NCBI GenBank assembly: GCA_041395025.1 | Contig: JAWLBH010000001.1 | Span: forward strand, 840,001-872,000 | Direction of reading: 5' to 3' | Source of the DNA: Chlamydiales bacterium | GTDB taxonomy: Bacteria; Chlamydiota; Chlamydiia; Chlamydiales; JAAKFR01 | DNA: 32,000 nucleotides | In this document: in pieces, positions 15,953 to 25,753 of the stretch | Position numbering within the stretch: the first letter of the stretch is position 1 | Layout of the letters: each line of letters begins with the position of its first letter | The notes under the pieces: model-generated | The model's database searches: none | Told to the model about the DNA's origin: nothing | Seen by the model: the letters and a program-made list of their open reading frames with translations, nothing else | Program-made: the position numbers and the translations under genes

Positions 15953-16987
15953 GTGCTATGTATGGGAAAATCACTGCCAGCGCGAGAACCAAGTCCTGCG
16001 AAGAAAATCTTTTGTTCAGGGGTAGGAAAATTCTTGGATGGAAAATATGAAGAAGCAGAGATGGATTTTCAAAAAGTTATTCATCTTGATCCTTCTTTAC
16101 CTCTTGCATACTGTTATTTAGGGATTATCTCTTTAGAAATGGGAAATGTGAGTTTAGGGATGCAATGGTGTGAACAAGGGTTAAAAATTGCTCCAGAAAA
16201 TAGTTATCTTCATTATTGTCTTGGAGCTGCTTTTGAAAGACAGGGCAATCTTGAAGAAGCAATGAAGCAGTATACTATTTATCTTAAAGACCATCCACAT
16301 GATGCTGAGTGTTTATTTAGCTTGGGTTGTGTGTATGATCAGGCTGGTTCTTTTCAAAAAGCTATCCGTTACTACAAAGAAGCTTTTAAATATGATTCTG
16401 TCCATTTTAAAGCATCTTATAATTTAGCACTTCTGCTTGGCGAAAAGGGTCAGTTATCTCAAGCAGTCGATTATTTGAAAAAAACAGTTGAGATTCATCC
16501 TTCATATTGGAAAGGATGGATTAAATTAGGTCTTTTTTACTCTTTTCAAAAAAAATGGAAAGAAGCCACTTCAGCTTATGAACGTGCAGTTGAATTACGT
16601 GGGGATGTTTCTGATAGCTTTTATAACTTAGGGCTTTGCTACTTAACAGCGGGTAGACCAAAAAAAGCAGTAAAAGTTTTTAAAAAAGCTCTTACCCTGA
16701 ATCCTAAAGATACCGAGTCTGTTTTTTATCTTGCTATTGCTTATGTGGACATGAAAGAAGATATGCAAGCTATAAAAGTGTTGCATCAAGCTTTGATGAT
16801 CGATCTAGATCATGAGAAAACCCATTATTTGCTTGGTCGGCTTTATTATATTCATGGTGAAAAAGAAAAGGGGGATAAAGAACTTGAGTTTCTTAAAGGG
16901 ATAAATTCTAATTTTACATTAGCTCTTGAAGATGCTCTATCTATTGCCAAAAAGGGGCAACAATTCTATGTTCAAAAAAAAGTATAA
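15953..16987 (+). CDS. Tetratricopeptide (TPR) repeat protein, CT683-like
   Basis: There are about 8 tandem 34-aa TPR units (…AEMDFQKVIHLDPSLPLAYCYLGIISLEMGN…, …EEAMKQYTIYLKDHPHDAECLFSLGCVYDQAG…, and so on). The track start is GTG 15953; the first in-frame ATG is at 15962. Confidence 0.85.
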   Translation: MLCMGKSLPAREPSPAKKIFCSGVGKFLDGKYEEAEMDFQKVIHLDPSLPLAYCYLGIISLEMGNVSLGMQWCEQGLKIAPENSYLHYCLGAAFERQGNLEEAMKQYTIYLKDHPHDAECLFSLGCVYDQAGSFQKAIRYYKEAFKYDSVHFKASYNLALLLGEKGQLSQAVDYLKKTVEIHPSYWKGWIKLGLFYSFQKKWKEATSAYERAVELRGDVSDSFYNLGLCYLTAGRPKKAVKVFKKALTLNPKDTESVFYLAIAYVDMKEDMQAIKVLHQALMIDLDHEKTHYLLGRLYYIHGEKEKGDKELEFLKGINSNFTLALEDALSIAKKGQQFYVQKKV

Positions 16988-17046
16988 AGATTTAAAAAAC
17001 AAGGATGTATTTAAATTTTTGCAGAAAACTCATAGAAACTTTCTCA

Positions 17047-18078
17047 TTAATAGAAAAGTCCTTTAGTCCTGATGCCAAGATCAATTAAGAAAGAACTAGG
17101 TAGGAGTTGTTCAATGAAACGATTCCATTTTGTAATCGGCCTTTCTGAAATATAAACAGTATCACCCGGAACAAGCAAGAGGCTATCATTGGGTAGGAAA
17201 GTGATGTGATTCCAAGAAAGACGATAAATTTTTGGAATCATCGCATTGCCTCGGATCACAAGAATACATCTTTTGTCACCTGTAAAGGGAATTCCCCCAG
17301 CAGCAGCAATGGCTTCCCGTAAAGAAATATAACCTGAAGGAACAGGAACTAATGTATTCATCCCAACTTCTCCCATGACCATTACTTTGGAAGCCATTGG
17401 ATCGGCTATGAAAATCTTATCTTTAGGACGCATAACAATATTTTGACACATATCTCCTTCGTGAACTAGTTTATAGAAATCCACAGGTAAAATTTCACCC
17501 GAACGAACTACATAACTTTTAAATAAATTAGTATCGCTAGCTATTCCAGCTAAAGATAGCACTTCGTAGAGACGTGTTTTCCCATTGATGAGGACTTCAG
17601 AATTTTTAACAGCACCGATGAGTTCCACTTTGCTATGCAAGCGCTGAGCATAGTCAATAAATACACTTACATTTTCAATTTCCTGAGAATAGAGTCGTTG
17701 GATCTCTTCACGAGTCTCTGTTAGCGTCATTCCTTTTACATAAACTGGTTTAAGATGAGGTAGATAAATCATCCCCTTCATCACACGGTAACCCACAGTT
17801 TGTCCAATTTGATTGATAGTACAAATCAAATCGTTTTGCATCGGATCAAAGAGGACAATATTTAGGAGATCATCTTCATCAATTACATCCTCATATTCTT
17901 CTAAATATTCTCTATTCAAATTTTTAGGAGATTTCCCTTCTAATTCAAGAATAGATTTTTTACCCTGAGAAATTTGATAAGATTCAAGTACAAATTCTTG
18001 AGCACCTTCAATTTGATAATTGTAGTGAGAAGAAGAGCAGGCAGAAAGAAAACATGAGAGAAATACAATCCAACGCAT
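17047..18078 (-). CDS. Outer-membrane polysaccharide export (OPX, Wza-like) lipoprotein
   Basis: Lipoprotein signal MRWIVFLSCFLSA|C. Poly_export-like block (GYRVMKGMIYLPHLKPVYVKGMTLTETREEIQRLY). SLBB-like blocks (VELIGAVKNSEVLINGKTRLYEVLSLAGI and VMVMGEVGMNTLVPVPSGYISLREAIAAAGGI…ILVIRG, GDTVYI). At 343 aa there is no obvious Wza D4 helix. Confidence 0.7.
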   Translation of the reverse strand: MRWIVFLSCFLSACSSSHYNYQIEGAQEFVLESYQISQGKKSILELEGKSPKNLNREYLEEYEDVIDEDDLLNIVLFDPMQNDLICTINQIGQTVGYRVMKGMIYLPHLKPVYVKGMTLTETREEIQRLYSQEIENVSVFIDYAQRLHSKVELIGAVKNSEVLINGKTRLYEVLSLAGIASDTNLFKSYVVRSGEILPVDFYKLVHEGDMCQNIVMRPKDKIFIADPMASKVMVMGEVGMNTLVPVPSGYISLREAIAAAGGIPFTGDKRCILVIRGNAMIPKIYRLSWNHITFLPNDSLLLVPGDTVYISERPITKWNRFIEQLLPSSFLIDLGIRTKGLFY

Positions 18079-18342
18079 GGGAATCTTGTATCATCAAATG
18101 AGCTTTTTTGTCTTATATTGATCTTATCATGAAAATTCATATGGTGATCGATAAGCTTTTTTTAATTTCATTTCCATAATTTAATTAAAATCATTTTAAA
18201 TTATAAAGTTTAATAACAAATTAAATATTATAATTTTTTAATCTTGAGAATCTTAAAAAATGAATCTTTAACTAAAAAATAGTTCAGAAATAGCAATTTT
18301 AATCTAGGCAATTTCCGGGACTCTATAGTATGATTTCATCTT

Positions 18343-19785
18343 ATGCAAGCAACAACAGAAGAGATTTTAAAACAACGTTCTGAGTACAAATATGGATTTG
18401 TGACTCCTGTAGAAAGTGAGTCAATTCCTAAAGGTCTTAATGAAGAAACTATTCGGTTAATTTCAGAAAAAAAAGAGGAAATGCCGTTTATGCTTGAATT
18501 TCGCCTCAAAGCATATCGTAAATGGCAAACCTTAGAAAAACCGAAATGGGCAAATATCAACTATCCATCGATTGATTATCAGGACATTACTTATTACTCT
18601 GCTCCTAAAACAAAAGCAAAGCTAGGAAGTTTAGATGAGGTTGATCCTGAGATACTCAAAACATTCAAGCGGCTAGGAATTCCCTTAGATGAACAAAAAC
18701 GTTTAGCGAATGTTGCAGTTGATATGGTATTTGATTCAGTCTCTATTGGGACGACTTTTAAGAAAAAACTTGAGGAAGCAGGTGTCGTTCTTTGTTCAAT
18801 TTCGGAAGCGGTGCAAAACTATCCAAAACTTGTAGAAAAATACCTCGGGAGTGTAGTTCCCATTGGAGATAATTATTTTTCTACACTAAATTCAGCTGTC
18901 TTTACCGATGGGTCTTTTGTGTATATTCCTAAAGGTGTGCGTTGTCCAATGGAGCTTTCGACCTATTTTCGTATTAATGATCAAGAATCGGGACAGTTTG
19001 AAAGAACATTAATCATTGCTGAAGAAGGATCTTATGTGAGTTATTTGGAAGGATGTACAGCTCCTGCCTATTCAAAAAATCAGCTTCATGCAGCTGTTGT
19101 GGAGTTGATTGCACATAAAGGCGCTGAAATTAAATATTCCACTATTCAAAACTGGTATGCAGGTGATTCCCAGACAGGAAAAGGAGGAATCTACAATTTT
19201 GTGACTAAAAGAGGAAGATGTGATGACTATGCAAAAATTTCTTGGACGCAAGTTGAAGTTGGTGCAGCGATTACCTGGAAATATCCTAGTTGCATTCTGC
19301 AAGGAGATGGATCTGTTGGAGAGTTTTATTCTATTGCACTTACTAATGGTCGAATGGAGGCTGACACAGGGACCAAAATGCTCCATTTAGGGAAAAATAC
19401 TCGTTCAACAATTATTGCAAAAGGAATCTCTGCTGATCAATCGCATAATAGTTATCGTGGCTTAGTAAAAATTGCCCCTCGGGCTACAGGGGCAAGGAAT
19501 TATACTCAGTGTGACTCAATGTTAGTCGGAAATCAATGCTCTGCTAATACCTTCCCTTATATTGAAGTTGGGAATAATACAGGGCAAGTTGAACATGAAG
19601 CATCGACCTCAAAGATGAATGAAGAACAGCTGTTTTACCTCCAATCTCGTGGAATTTCAAGAGAACAAGCGATTCATCTTGTTGTGAATGGCTTTGGAAA
19701 GCAGGTACTTCAAGAACTTCCACTTGAATTTGCTGAGGAAGCTAAACAATTATTAGCCTTAAAACTAGAAAATTCTGTTGGTTAA
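18343..19785 (+). CDS. sufB: Fe-S cluster assembly scaffold SufB
   Basis: 480 aa with typical SufB blocks ([29 protein letters not shown]…[37 protein letters not shown]). Confidence 0.95.
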   Translation: MQATTEEILKQRSEYKYGFVTPVESESIPKGLNEETIRLISEKKEEMPFMLEFRLKAYRKWQTLEKPKWANINYPSIDYQDITYYSAPKTKAKLGSLDEVDPEILKTFKRLGIPLDEQKRLANVAVDMVFDSVSIGTTFKKKLEEAGVVLCSISEAVQNYPKLVEKYLGSVVPIGDNYFSTLNSAVFTDGSFVYIPKGVRCPMELSTYFRINDQESGQFERTLIIAEEGSYVSYLEGCTAPAYSKNQLHAAVVELIAHKGAEIKYSTIQNWYAGDSQTGKGGIYNFVTKRGRCDDYAKISWTQVEVGAAITWKYPSCILQGDGSVGEFYSIALTNGRMEADTGTKMLHLGKNTRSTIIAKGISADQSHNSYRGLVKIAPRATGARNYTQCDSMLVGNQCSANTFPYIEVGNNTGQVEHEASTSKMNEEQLFYLQSRGISREQAIHLVVNGFGKQVLQELPLEFAEEAKQLLALKLENSVG

Positions 19786-19786
19786 A

Positions 19787-20509
19787 ATGTTAGAAATACA
19801 TGATTTATATGCATCTGTTTGTGAAAAACCTATCTTAAAAGGGTTAAATTTACACATAAAAGTAGGGGAAATTCACGCGATCATGGGGCCTAATGGAGCG
19901 GGTAAATCAACATTAGCTAGGATTATCACAGGACATCCTGCTTATACAGTGACAAAAGGAGAAGTGCTTTTTGAAGGACAAAGTATTCTTGAAATGGAAC
20001 CAGAAGAAAGAGCAAAATTAGGGCTTTTTATGAGTTTCCAATACCCGCCTGAGATTACTGGCCTCACAAACTCTCAGTTTCTTTATCAAGCTTTAAATGC
20101 TAGACGCACTACTCCTCTTTCTCAAGAGGAATTTACCACACTTCTTGAAGAAAAAATGGAAATTATCAAAATGCGTAGGGAATTTAAGGATCGATCTGTG
20201 AATGAAGGATTTTCAGGCGGGGAGAAAAAATCAAATGAAATTTTGCAGATGGCTCTTTTAGAGCCTAAGCTTGCGATTCTTGACGAAACTGATTCAGGTC
20301 TTGATATTGATGCGATGAGGATTGTAGCTCAAGGAATGAAGCAGATCATGAATAAAGAACGTGCAATGGTTTTAATCACTCATTATCAGCGTCTTCTTGA
20401 ATATATTCAACCGCATTTTGTTCATGTATTTGTAGATGGAAAAATTGTTAGATCAGGAGATAGTCAATTAGCCTTAGAGCTCGAAGCACAAGGTTATCTT
20501 GATGCTTGA
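19787..20509 (+). CDS. sufC: Fe-S cluster assembly ATPase SufC
   Basis: Walker [10 protein letters not shown], signature [13 protein letters not shown], Walker [14 protein letters not shown]-loop ITHY. I prefer ATG 19787 (MLEIHDL…), 1 nt after the sufB stop; the track start 19778 is TTG inside sufB. Confidence 0.95.
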   Translation: MLEIHDLYASVCEKPILKGLNLHIKVGEIHAIMGPNGAGKSTLARIITGHPAYTVTKGEVLFEGQSILEMEPEERAKLGLFMSFQYPPEITGLTNSQFLYQALNARRTTPLSQEEFTTLLEEKMEIIKMRREFKDRSVNEGFSGGEKKSNEILQMALLEPKLAILDETDSGLDIDAMRIVAQGMKQIMNKERAMVLITHYQRLLEYIQPHFVHVFVDGKIVRSGDSQLALELEAQGYLDA

Positions 20510-21635
20510 CAGTCTTAAGCAACAGATCATTAATCAAGAGTATTGGAAGCGTTTTATCGAGATTGGATTACCAACGAAAAAGACTGAGTCTTTTCGTTAT
20601 GTAAAGCTGAAAGCTCTTTATGAGCGTGTTTTTGAAACAGCTCAACCAATCAATCCCTTAATTACTCCAAAACAAGATGAAATGGTTTTTGTTAATGGCA
20701 GATATGATCCTTTTGCCTCACTGCCTTCTAAGGAGCTCATTGTCCAACCTCTTTCAGAGGCTAAAAAAAGCTATGGTGCTTTTCTTACTCCTCGCCTAAA
20801 AAGTCAATTAAAGGCAGAGCATGATCCTTTTGCCGCACTTAATGGAGCGCTTTGTGAAGAGCCTATCTTTATTTATCTTCCTCCAAAATCTGTCAGTTCT
20901 TTGAAAATTATTCACCATATCATTCCACAGAATGCGTCAGTTGCTATGCATCCTAGATGTCATCTTTATGCTGGTAGGGGAGCTCAATCTAAAATTGTTA
21001 TCGCTCATCAAGCCTATGGTTGGGTGAATAGCTATATGGATATTGCTCTTGATGAAGGTGCCTCAATTGTTTTGAATACTTTTTTAGAAGAGAACGAAAA
21101 GAGTTGGCATTTCGATGCAGTCCGAGCTACTCTAAAAAGAAATAGCCATTTTAAAAATTGTCTTGTTGCGAAAGGAGGAGAGACATTGAGGCGAGATTAT
21201 GTTATTCGCCTTATGGAGGAAGGAAGTGAAGCGGGACTTTATGGTTTGAGTTGTTTAGACGGTAGAAGTCATCATCACATCCATGTCCTTATGGAACATC
21301 AGTCACCCCGTTGTCGATCTTTACAGCATTTCAAAAACGTTCTAAGAGGTGTTTCTCAAACTAGTTTTGAGGGGAAAATTTATATTGATCAGAATGCACA
21401 GCAAAGCGAGGCTTTTCAGGTGAACAACAATTTGATTCTTAGTGAACATGCATCGGCTCAATCTAAACCAAACCTTGAAATTTTTGCTGATGATGTCAAA
21501 GCATCGCATGGCTCAACTATTGGACAGATTGATGAGGAACATTTATTTTATCTAAAGACACGTGGGATTTCTCATTCACAAGCGAAAGAGCTGCTTGTGG
21601 AGGGATTTTGTCAGGAGATTCTAGATTTATTATAA
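20502..21635 (+). CDS. sufD: Fe-S cluster assembly protein SufD
   Basis: The SufBD-family C-terminus (…[69 protein letters not shown]) lies between sufC and sufS. The start overlaps the sufC stop (ATGCTTGA). Confidence 0.9.
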   Translation: MLDSLKQQIINQEYWKRFIEIGLPTKKTESFRYVKLKALYERVFETAQPINPLITPKQDEMVFVNGRYDPFASLPSKELIVQPLSEAKKSYGAFLTPRLKSQLKAEHDPFAALNGALCEEPIFIYLPPKSVSSLKIIHHIIPQNASVAMHPRCHLYAGRGAQSKIVIAHQAYGWVNSYMDIALDEGASIVLNTFLEENEKSWHFDAVRATLKRNSHFKNCLVAKGGETLRRDYVIRLMEEGSEAGLYGLSCLDGRSHHHIHVLMEHQSPRCRSLQHFKNVLRGVSQTSFEGKIYIDQNAQQSEAFQVNNNLILSEHASAQSKPNLEIFADDVKASHGSTIGQIDEEHLFYLKTRGISHSQAKELLVEGFCQEILDLL

Positions 21636-21642
21636 GTATCTT

Positions 21643-22851
21643 ATGGAGGATACTCACATCGATACCTATCGTAAAGATTTTCCAATGATTCATGAGGATC
21701 TGATCTATTTCGATACAGCAGCAACAGCACAGAAACCGCAAGTTGTTATTGATTCTCTATCTAATTTTTATGCTCATCATTATGGAACTGTGAATCGCAG
21801 TGTTTACAAACTTGCACGTCATGCCACTGAGCTCTACCAAGAGGCGCGTAAAAAGATACAACACTTTATTCATGCAAGATACTTTGAAGAAATTATCTTT
21901 ACACGTGGAGCTACTGCTTCTTTAAACCTCCTCGCTCAATCCTATGGCTCAGTTTTTTTGCATCCAGGAGATGCAATTATTATTTCCGAAATTGAACATC
22001 ATTCTAATATTGTCCCTTGGCAGATGATATGCGAACAACGTGGATCAGTTTTGCGCATTATTCCTGTCAATGATGCAGGTGAGTTGATTTTTGAAGAATT
22101 TCTCAATCAAATTGATGAAAAAGTGAAGATCATCAGTATTGCCCATCTTTCGAATGTGATTGGAACACTTCATCCTGTAAAAGCCATTATTGATAAGGCT
22201 CATGAGATGGGTGCCCATGTCTGTCTTGATGGAGCTCAAGCTATTGCGCATTTACCTATTGATGTTCAAGCATTGGAAGTAGATTTTTATGTATTTTCAG
22301 GTCATAAGCTTTATGGTCCAACAGGTATTGGAGTGCTCTACGGCAGGCGTGAATTACTTGAAAAAATGCCACCGATTGAAGGGGGAGGTGATATGATTGA
22401 GCATGTCACTCTACGTGAAACGACCTATAACGATTTACCTTTAAAATTTGAAGCTGGCACTCCAATGATTGCTGAGGTGATTGCCTTAGGTACAGCCATT
22501 GATTATCTTTCTAAAATTGGAATGTCTGCAATTGCTTCATGGGAACGAAAATTATTTGATTATGCTACCGAGAAATTGAATCAGATCAGGGGATTAACCA
22601 TTGTAGGCAATGCAGTAAAAAAAGAGGCTATTATTAGTTTTTTGATTCAAGGAGTCCATCCATTAGATTTGGCCACTTTTCTTGATTGCCGTGGGATTGC
22701 TATTCGGACAGGGCACCATTGTAGTCAGCCGACATTAGAACGATTTCGACTAGATAGTCTAGCGCGGATCTCTTTTGGTCTTTACAATACTATTTCAGAG
22801 ATTGATCAGTTCATTGCCGTGCTCCAATCGGTTCTACATTTTTTGGTTTGA
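21643..22851 (+). CDS. sufS: Cysteine desulfurase SufS (class V aminotransferase, group II)
   Basis: PLP-lysine motif FSGHKLYGPTGIG and catalytic-Cys loop IRTGHHCSQP, with an N-terminal YFDTAATAQKP. Confidence 0.95.
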   Translation: MEDTHIDTYRKDFPMIHEDLIYFDTAATAQKPQVVIDSLSNFYAHHYGTVNRSVYKLARHATELYQEARKKIQHFIHARYFEEIIFTRGATASLNLLAQSYGSVFLHPGDAIIISEIEHHSNIVPWQMICEQRGSVLRIIPVNDAGELIFEEFLNQIDEKVKIISIAHLSNVIGTLHPVKAIIDKAHEMGAHVCLDGAQAIAHLPIDVQALEVDFYVFSGHKLYGPTGIGVLYGRRELLEKMPPIEGGGDMIEHVTLRETTYNDLPLKFEAGTPMIAEVIALGTAIDYLSKIGMSAIASWERKLFDYATEKLNQIRGLTIVGNAVKKEAIISFLIQGVHPLDLATFLDCRGIAIRTGHHCSQPTLERFRLDSLARISFGLYNTISEIDQFIAVLQSVLHFLV

Positions 22852-22915
22852 AAAAAGCTAGACAAGTTTATCTTTGTCTGATAAAACAAAGTTTTTTATT
22901 CAATAATTCGAGTTT

Positions 22916-23272
22916 ATGTTTAAAAGCACATTTGGATTTCATAGTCATGTGACAGTTGTGAAGACATTTTGGAGTGATGAAACAATAAAAGATGAGAAAG
23001 CAGCCCTTTTTGTCAACGGGTTCAATCTGGGGGGGTATTTCCCTATTATTGGATTATATACTGGAGGAGTTCGCCTGTACAGTACCCTATCTAATCAAGG
23101 ACGATGGTTTAGAGCTCCTTGGCAATTTAGATCACTACAGATTATTCGTGGAACGATTGAATGTTTAGGTTGTGGAATCATTTTTTTAGTTATTGACGTC
23201 TTAGCTACGATTTTTCGGGAGATCTTTTCAGAAGATAGGCAACCTGCAAAGATTGCCGAGTTAAAAATTTAA
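22916..23272 (+). CDS. Hypothetical small membrane protein (two predicted TM segments)
   Basis: 118-aa ORF with hydrophobic stretches ALFVNGFNLGGYFPIIGLYTGGV and IIRGTIECLGCGIIFLVIDVLATIF. I recognise no family. Its stop overlaps the stop of the convergent deacetylase gene (TTAA at 23269-23272). Confidence 0.45.
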   Translation: MFKSTFGFHSHVTVVKTFWSDETIKDEKAALFVNGFNLGGYFPIIGLYTGGVRLYSTLSNQGRWFRAPWQFRSLQIIRGTIECLGCGIIFLVIDVLATIFREIFSEDRQPAKIAELKI

Positions 23273-23994
23273 CAAAAGTAGTTTTTTAGAAAATACCGGA
23301 CTAGTCGTCGGGGTTTAAGTAAAGTGTTTAGATCCATGATCCTGTCAGCTGGGATGCGTTTAATCGGTTGTTTCCCTTTACCCCATCCCCAGTTTAATGA
23401 AGAACCAATACGAAAAGCATAAGGATAGTGTTTCGAAACATATTTATGGAGAGTAGGATTTGTTCTACCGAACGGATAAATAAATGAATTAACTGGTTGG
23501 GAAAGACGAGTTTCAATGATTTGTTTAGATAGCACTATCTCTTGATTCAGATCAATAAAATTGAAGGTGAGATTCCCATGCATAAACGAATGAGAGGCTG
23601 CTTCAACAAGGCCTGATTGCACCATTTCATTTAGTTCTGCCCAAGTGCAAAAAGGAGCTTTCTTATCAAAAAACCCATCTTGCATCGCTAATGGGTAAGG
23701 GACACTGAGTCGTTCTTCAGGAGATAACACAGTTGAATTCAGGATATATCGGACAGGAATTCCAATTAAAGATCTAATATTCAATTCCTTGAGTATGGGA
23801 AAAATAAAATAGTAAAAATCAAAAAAAGCATCGTCAAATGTTAGACAAATTGAAAGTTTGCCTTTCTGCAGAGGATCTCCTGGTAATACAATCGGGTAAT
23901 GCTCTTTAAGAAACACTAAGTGAGCACGGAGAGTTTCTTTAGCATTAGTATGTTTTCCTTGACCCACTCGATGGTACATAAAAGCTAGGAGCAT
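23269..23994 (-). CDS. Polysaccharide deacetylase (NodB-homology / carbohydrate esterase family 4)
   Basis: MYHRVG N-terminus, LTFDDAFFDFY (the TFDD metal/catalytic Asp motif), and HSFMHGNL (His motif), in the typical order for a CE4 domain. It overlaps the upstream GT2 gene by 10 nt. Confidence 0.75.
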   Translation of the reverse strand: MLLAFMYHRVGQGKHTNAKETLRAHLVFLKEHYPIVLPGDPLQKGKLSICLTFDDAFFDFYYFIFPILKELNIRSLIGIPVRYILNSTVLSPEERLSVPYPLAMQDGFFDKKAPFCTWAELNEMVQSGLVEAASHSFMHGNLTFNFIDLNQEIVLSKQIIETRLSQPVNSFIYPFGRTNPTLHKYVSKHYPYAFRIGSSLNWGWGKGKQPIKRIPADRIMDLNTLLKPRRLVRYFLKNYFC

Positions 23995-24731
23995 TTATGT
24001 TTATTCTCCTGATAGAGTTTTAGATACTTATAAAATGCTGTATGTCCATTATAGACAGAGATCAAAAATCCTTCAAAACCTCCTAAAAACCCCCTTTTTA
24101 AGAAAAAACTCTTTAGAAATGCACCCAGCCCATGTTTAAGAGCAGTATAAGGAGAAGAATATTTTTTATGACGATATTCTTTTGCAAAGAGAGTTGAGTA
24201 TCTTTCCATTTTAATGAGAAAATCAGAAATTGAATCATATGAATAGTGTTGAATAGGATGTTTAAAGATAGACTTAGAAAATCCAGTTGAAATCACCTTT
24301 TCATGAATCATAGATTGGGAAAAAGCCGTTTCCGTTTTATTATAAAGGCGAATGTGTGATTCAGGGTACCATCCACACCATTTAATCCACTTACCATTGC
24401 AGTAGTTATAAAAAGGGAAAGCATAAACAGTTCTTGGTTGCAAAGGTGTTTGAAAGATCTCATCGACCAGTTCCTTCGATAGAATTTCATCAGCGTCGAT
24501 CGATAAGATCCATGGATGGCTGGCTCGTTGAGCCGCATCATTATGCGTGATACCAAATCCACGGAATTTTTCTTGATAGATCACAACATTTGGATAACGC
24601 TTAGCAATTGCAAGTGTTTGATCAGTGGAACCTGTATCATAAAGAATAATTTCCTGAAACCTCTCAAGAGGATAGAGGACTTGATTGAGATAACGTTCTC
24701 CATTCTTAATGATAATTGTGACACTAATCAT
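23985..24731 (-). CDS. Family 2 glycosyltransferase (WaaE/KdtX-like small LPS-core-type GT2)
   Basis: MISVTIIIKNGERYLNQVL (the GT-A N-terminal beta-alpha unit), YDTGSTDQT, and SIDADE (the DxD motif). The C-terminal FLKRGFLGGFEGFLISVYNGHTAFYKYLKLYE tail is, as I recall, typical of the beta-1,4-glucosyltransferase (WaaE-like) GT2 subgroup. Confidence 0.75.
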   Translation of the reverse strand: MISVTIIIKNGERYLNQVLYPLERFQEIILYDTGSTDQTLAIAKRYPNVVIYQEKFRGFGITHNDAAQRASHPWILSIDADEILSKELVDEIFQTPLQPRTVYAFPFYNYCNGKWIKWCGWYPESHIRLYNKTETAFSQSMIHEKVISTGFSKSIFKHPIQHYSYDSISDFLIKMERYSTLFAKEYRHKKYSSPYTALKHGLGAFLKSFFLKRGFLGGFEGFLISVYNGHTAFYKYLKLYQENKHKCS

Positions 24732-25111
24732 CTGCGAAATTTTTAGTTAATTACAGGGATTAATTCGATCAATTAATCACAGAATCTACGATTTGCAAAT
24801 TAAAGCAATAAACACTACGGTAAAACTGTTAGAGTGCCTCTAATCATCACCACTTTTTCAGATCCAGGTAGATGGTTTATAGGTTCATCACAATCATCAT
24901 AATCAGACTCTATCGTTTCGTGTCTGCTACCTATCTCTAAGCTAAATAGATTTATTGGTCTACTCAAGGTTCTAACTCCTAATCTTGTTATCTCGCAGAA
25001 TCGGCTTCTAATTTTTTACTTCTTATTTCTCTTCGTCAATAGATAAACATCATTGATTTAAGGAAAAAATCAAAGTAAATTGTAATCATCTCAATGAATA
25101 GCAATTTGTCT

Positions 25112-25753
25112 TTAATTTTTCAAGCATAGTAAATGCCAATCCTCTAAAGAGAGATGACCTTCTTGAAAAATAGAAGAAATTAAGCCATAGACTGGATGAG
25201 ATTTCAATTCTCGCCATGCTTTTGAAGATTTATCAATTTGCATTTCTAGACTGACTATTCTAAGAAGATTTATCGCATAGAGCGTTGAATAATCCTCTTC
25301 GTTTTTAATTGCTGCACTAAGCGCTTGTGCTTCCATATAGGCTTCTGAGTATTTTTTTTCAGCAATTAAAAGAGATGTTTTTCCGTAAGCATGGTAAAAT
25401 TGGGGCAGATTTCCTGCGATAGGTGTCTCAAGAATAGTTTTGATATAAAAAGCTCCCTTAGGGGCATTTTGGGCTAGATAACTCATTGCAAGCATCGTAT
25501 TATACTTGGGATACACTTCAGGGTGGTCTTTCAAGAGTGTTTCAATTTTCTCAATCGATTCAGGAGAAGGAAGTTCTCCTTTTTGAAAACTTTCAAAAAT
25601 TTTATTAGCAATCATAAAATCATGTTGAGATTGCATCGTATCTCTATTTAAGACCCGTTCTCTCCAAAAAAAAAGAGAGATAGCAATGAGAAAAAGAAAC
25701 AAAAGTTTAAACGAGTGTTTATTAAGAAAAGTAAGAAATTTGTAGGATTTCAT
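25112..25753 (-). CDS. Hypothetical membrane-anchored helical-repeat (TPR-like) protein
   Basis: 213-aa ORF with a single N-terminal TM (FKLLFLFLIAISLFFW) followed by an all-helical region with TPR-like spacing (…AMSYLAQNAPKGAFYIKTIL…YHAYGKTSLLIAEKKYSEAYMEAQAL…). The architecture resembles YfgM-type anchored TPR proteins. No motif-level assignment. Confidence 0.55.
   Translation of the reverse strand: MKSYKFLTFLNKHSFKLLFLFLIAISLFFWRERVLNRDTMQSQHDFMIANKIFESFQKGELPSPESIEKIETLLKDHPEVYPKYNTMLAMSYLAQNAPKGAFYIKTILETPIAGNLPQFYHAYGKTSLLIAEKKYSEAYMEAQALSAAIKNEEDYSTLYAINLLRIVSLEMQIDKSSKAWRELKSHPVYGLISSIFQEGHLSLEDWHLLCLKN

Noticed and set aside
22860-22900. AT-rich hairpins lie after sufS (AGACAA-N8-TTGTCT, then AAAAC-AAA-GTTTT followed by TTATT). 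Similar weak inverted repeats occur after parB (ATTTTAGA…TCTAAAAT, 26897-26938), after the TPR gene (ATTTAAA…TTTAAAT, ~16990-17018) and between pkn5 and sctC (TGGGTA…TACCCA, 3763-3793).
   Set aside because: The stems are 5-8 bp, mostly A/T, with long loops or no U-tract. I cannot support them as intrinsic terminators from sequence alone.
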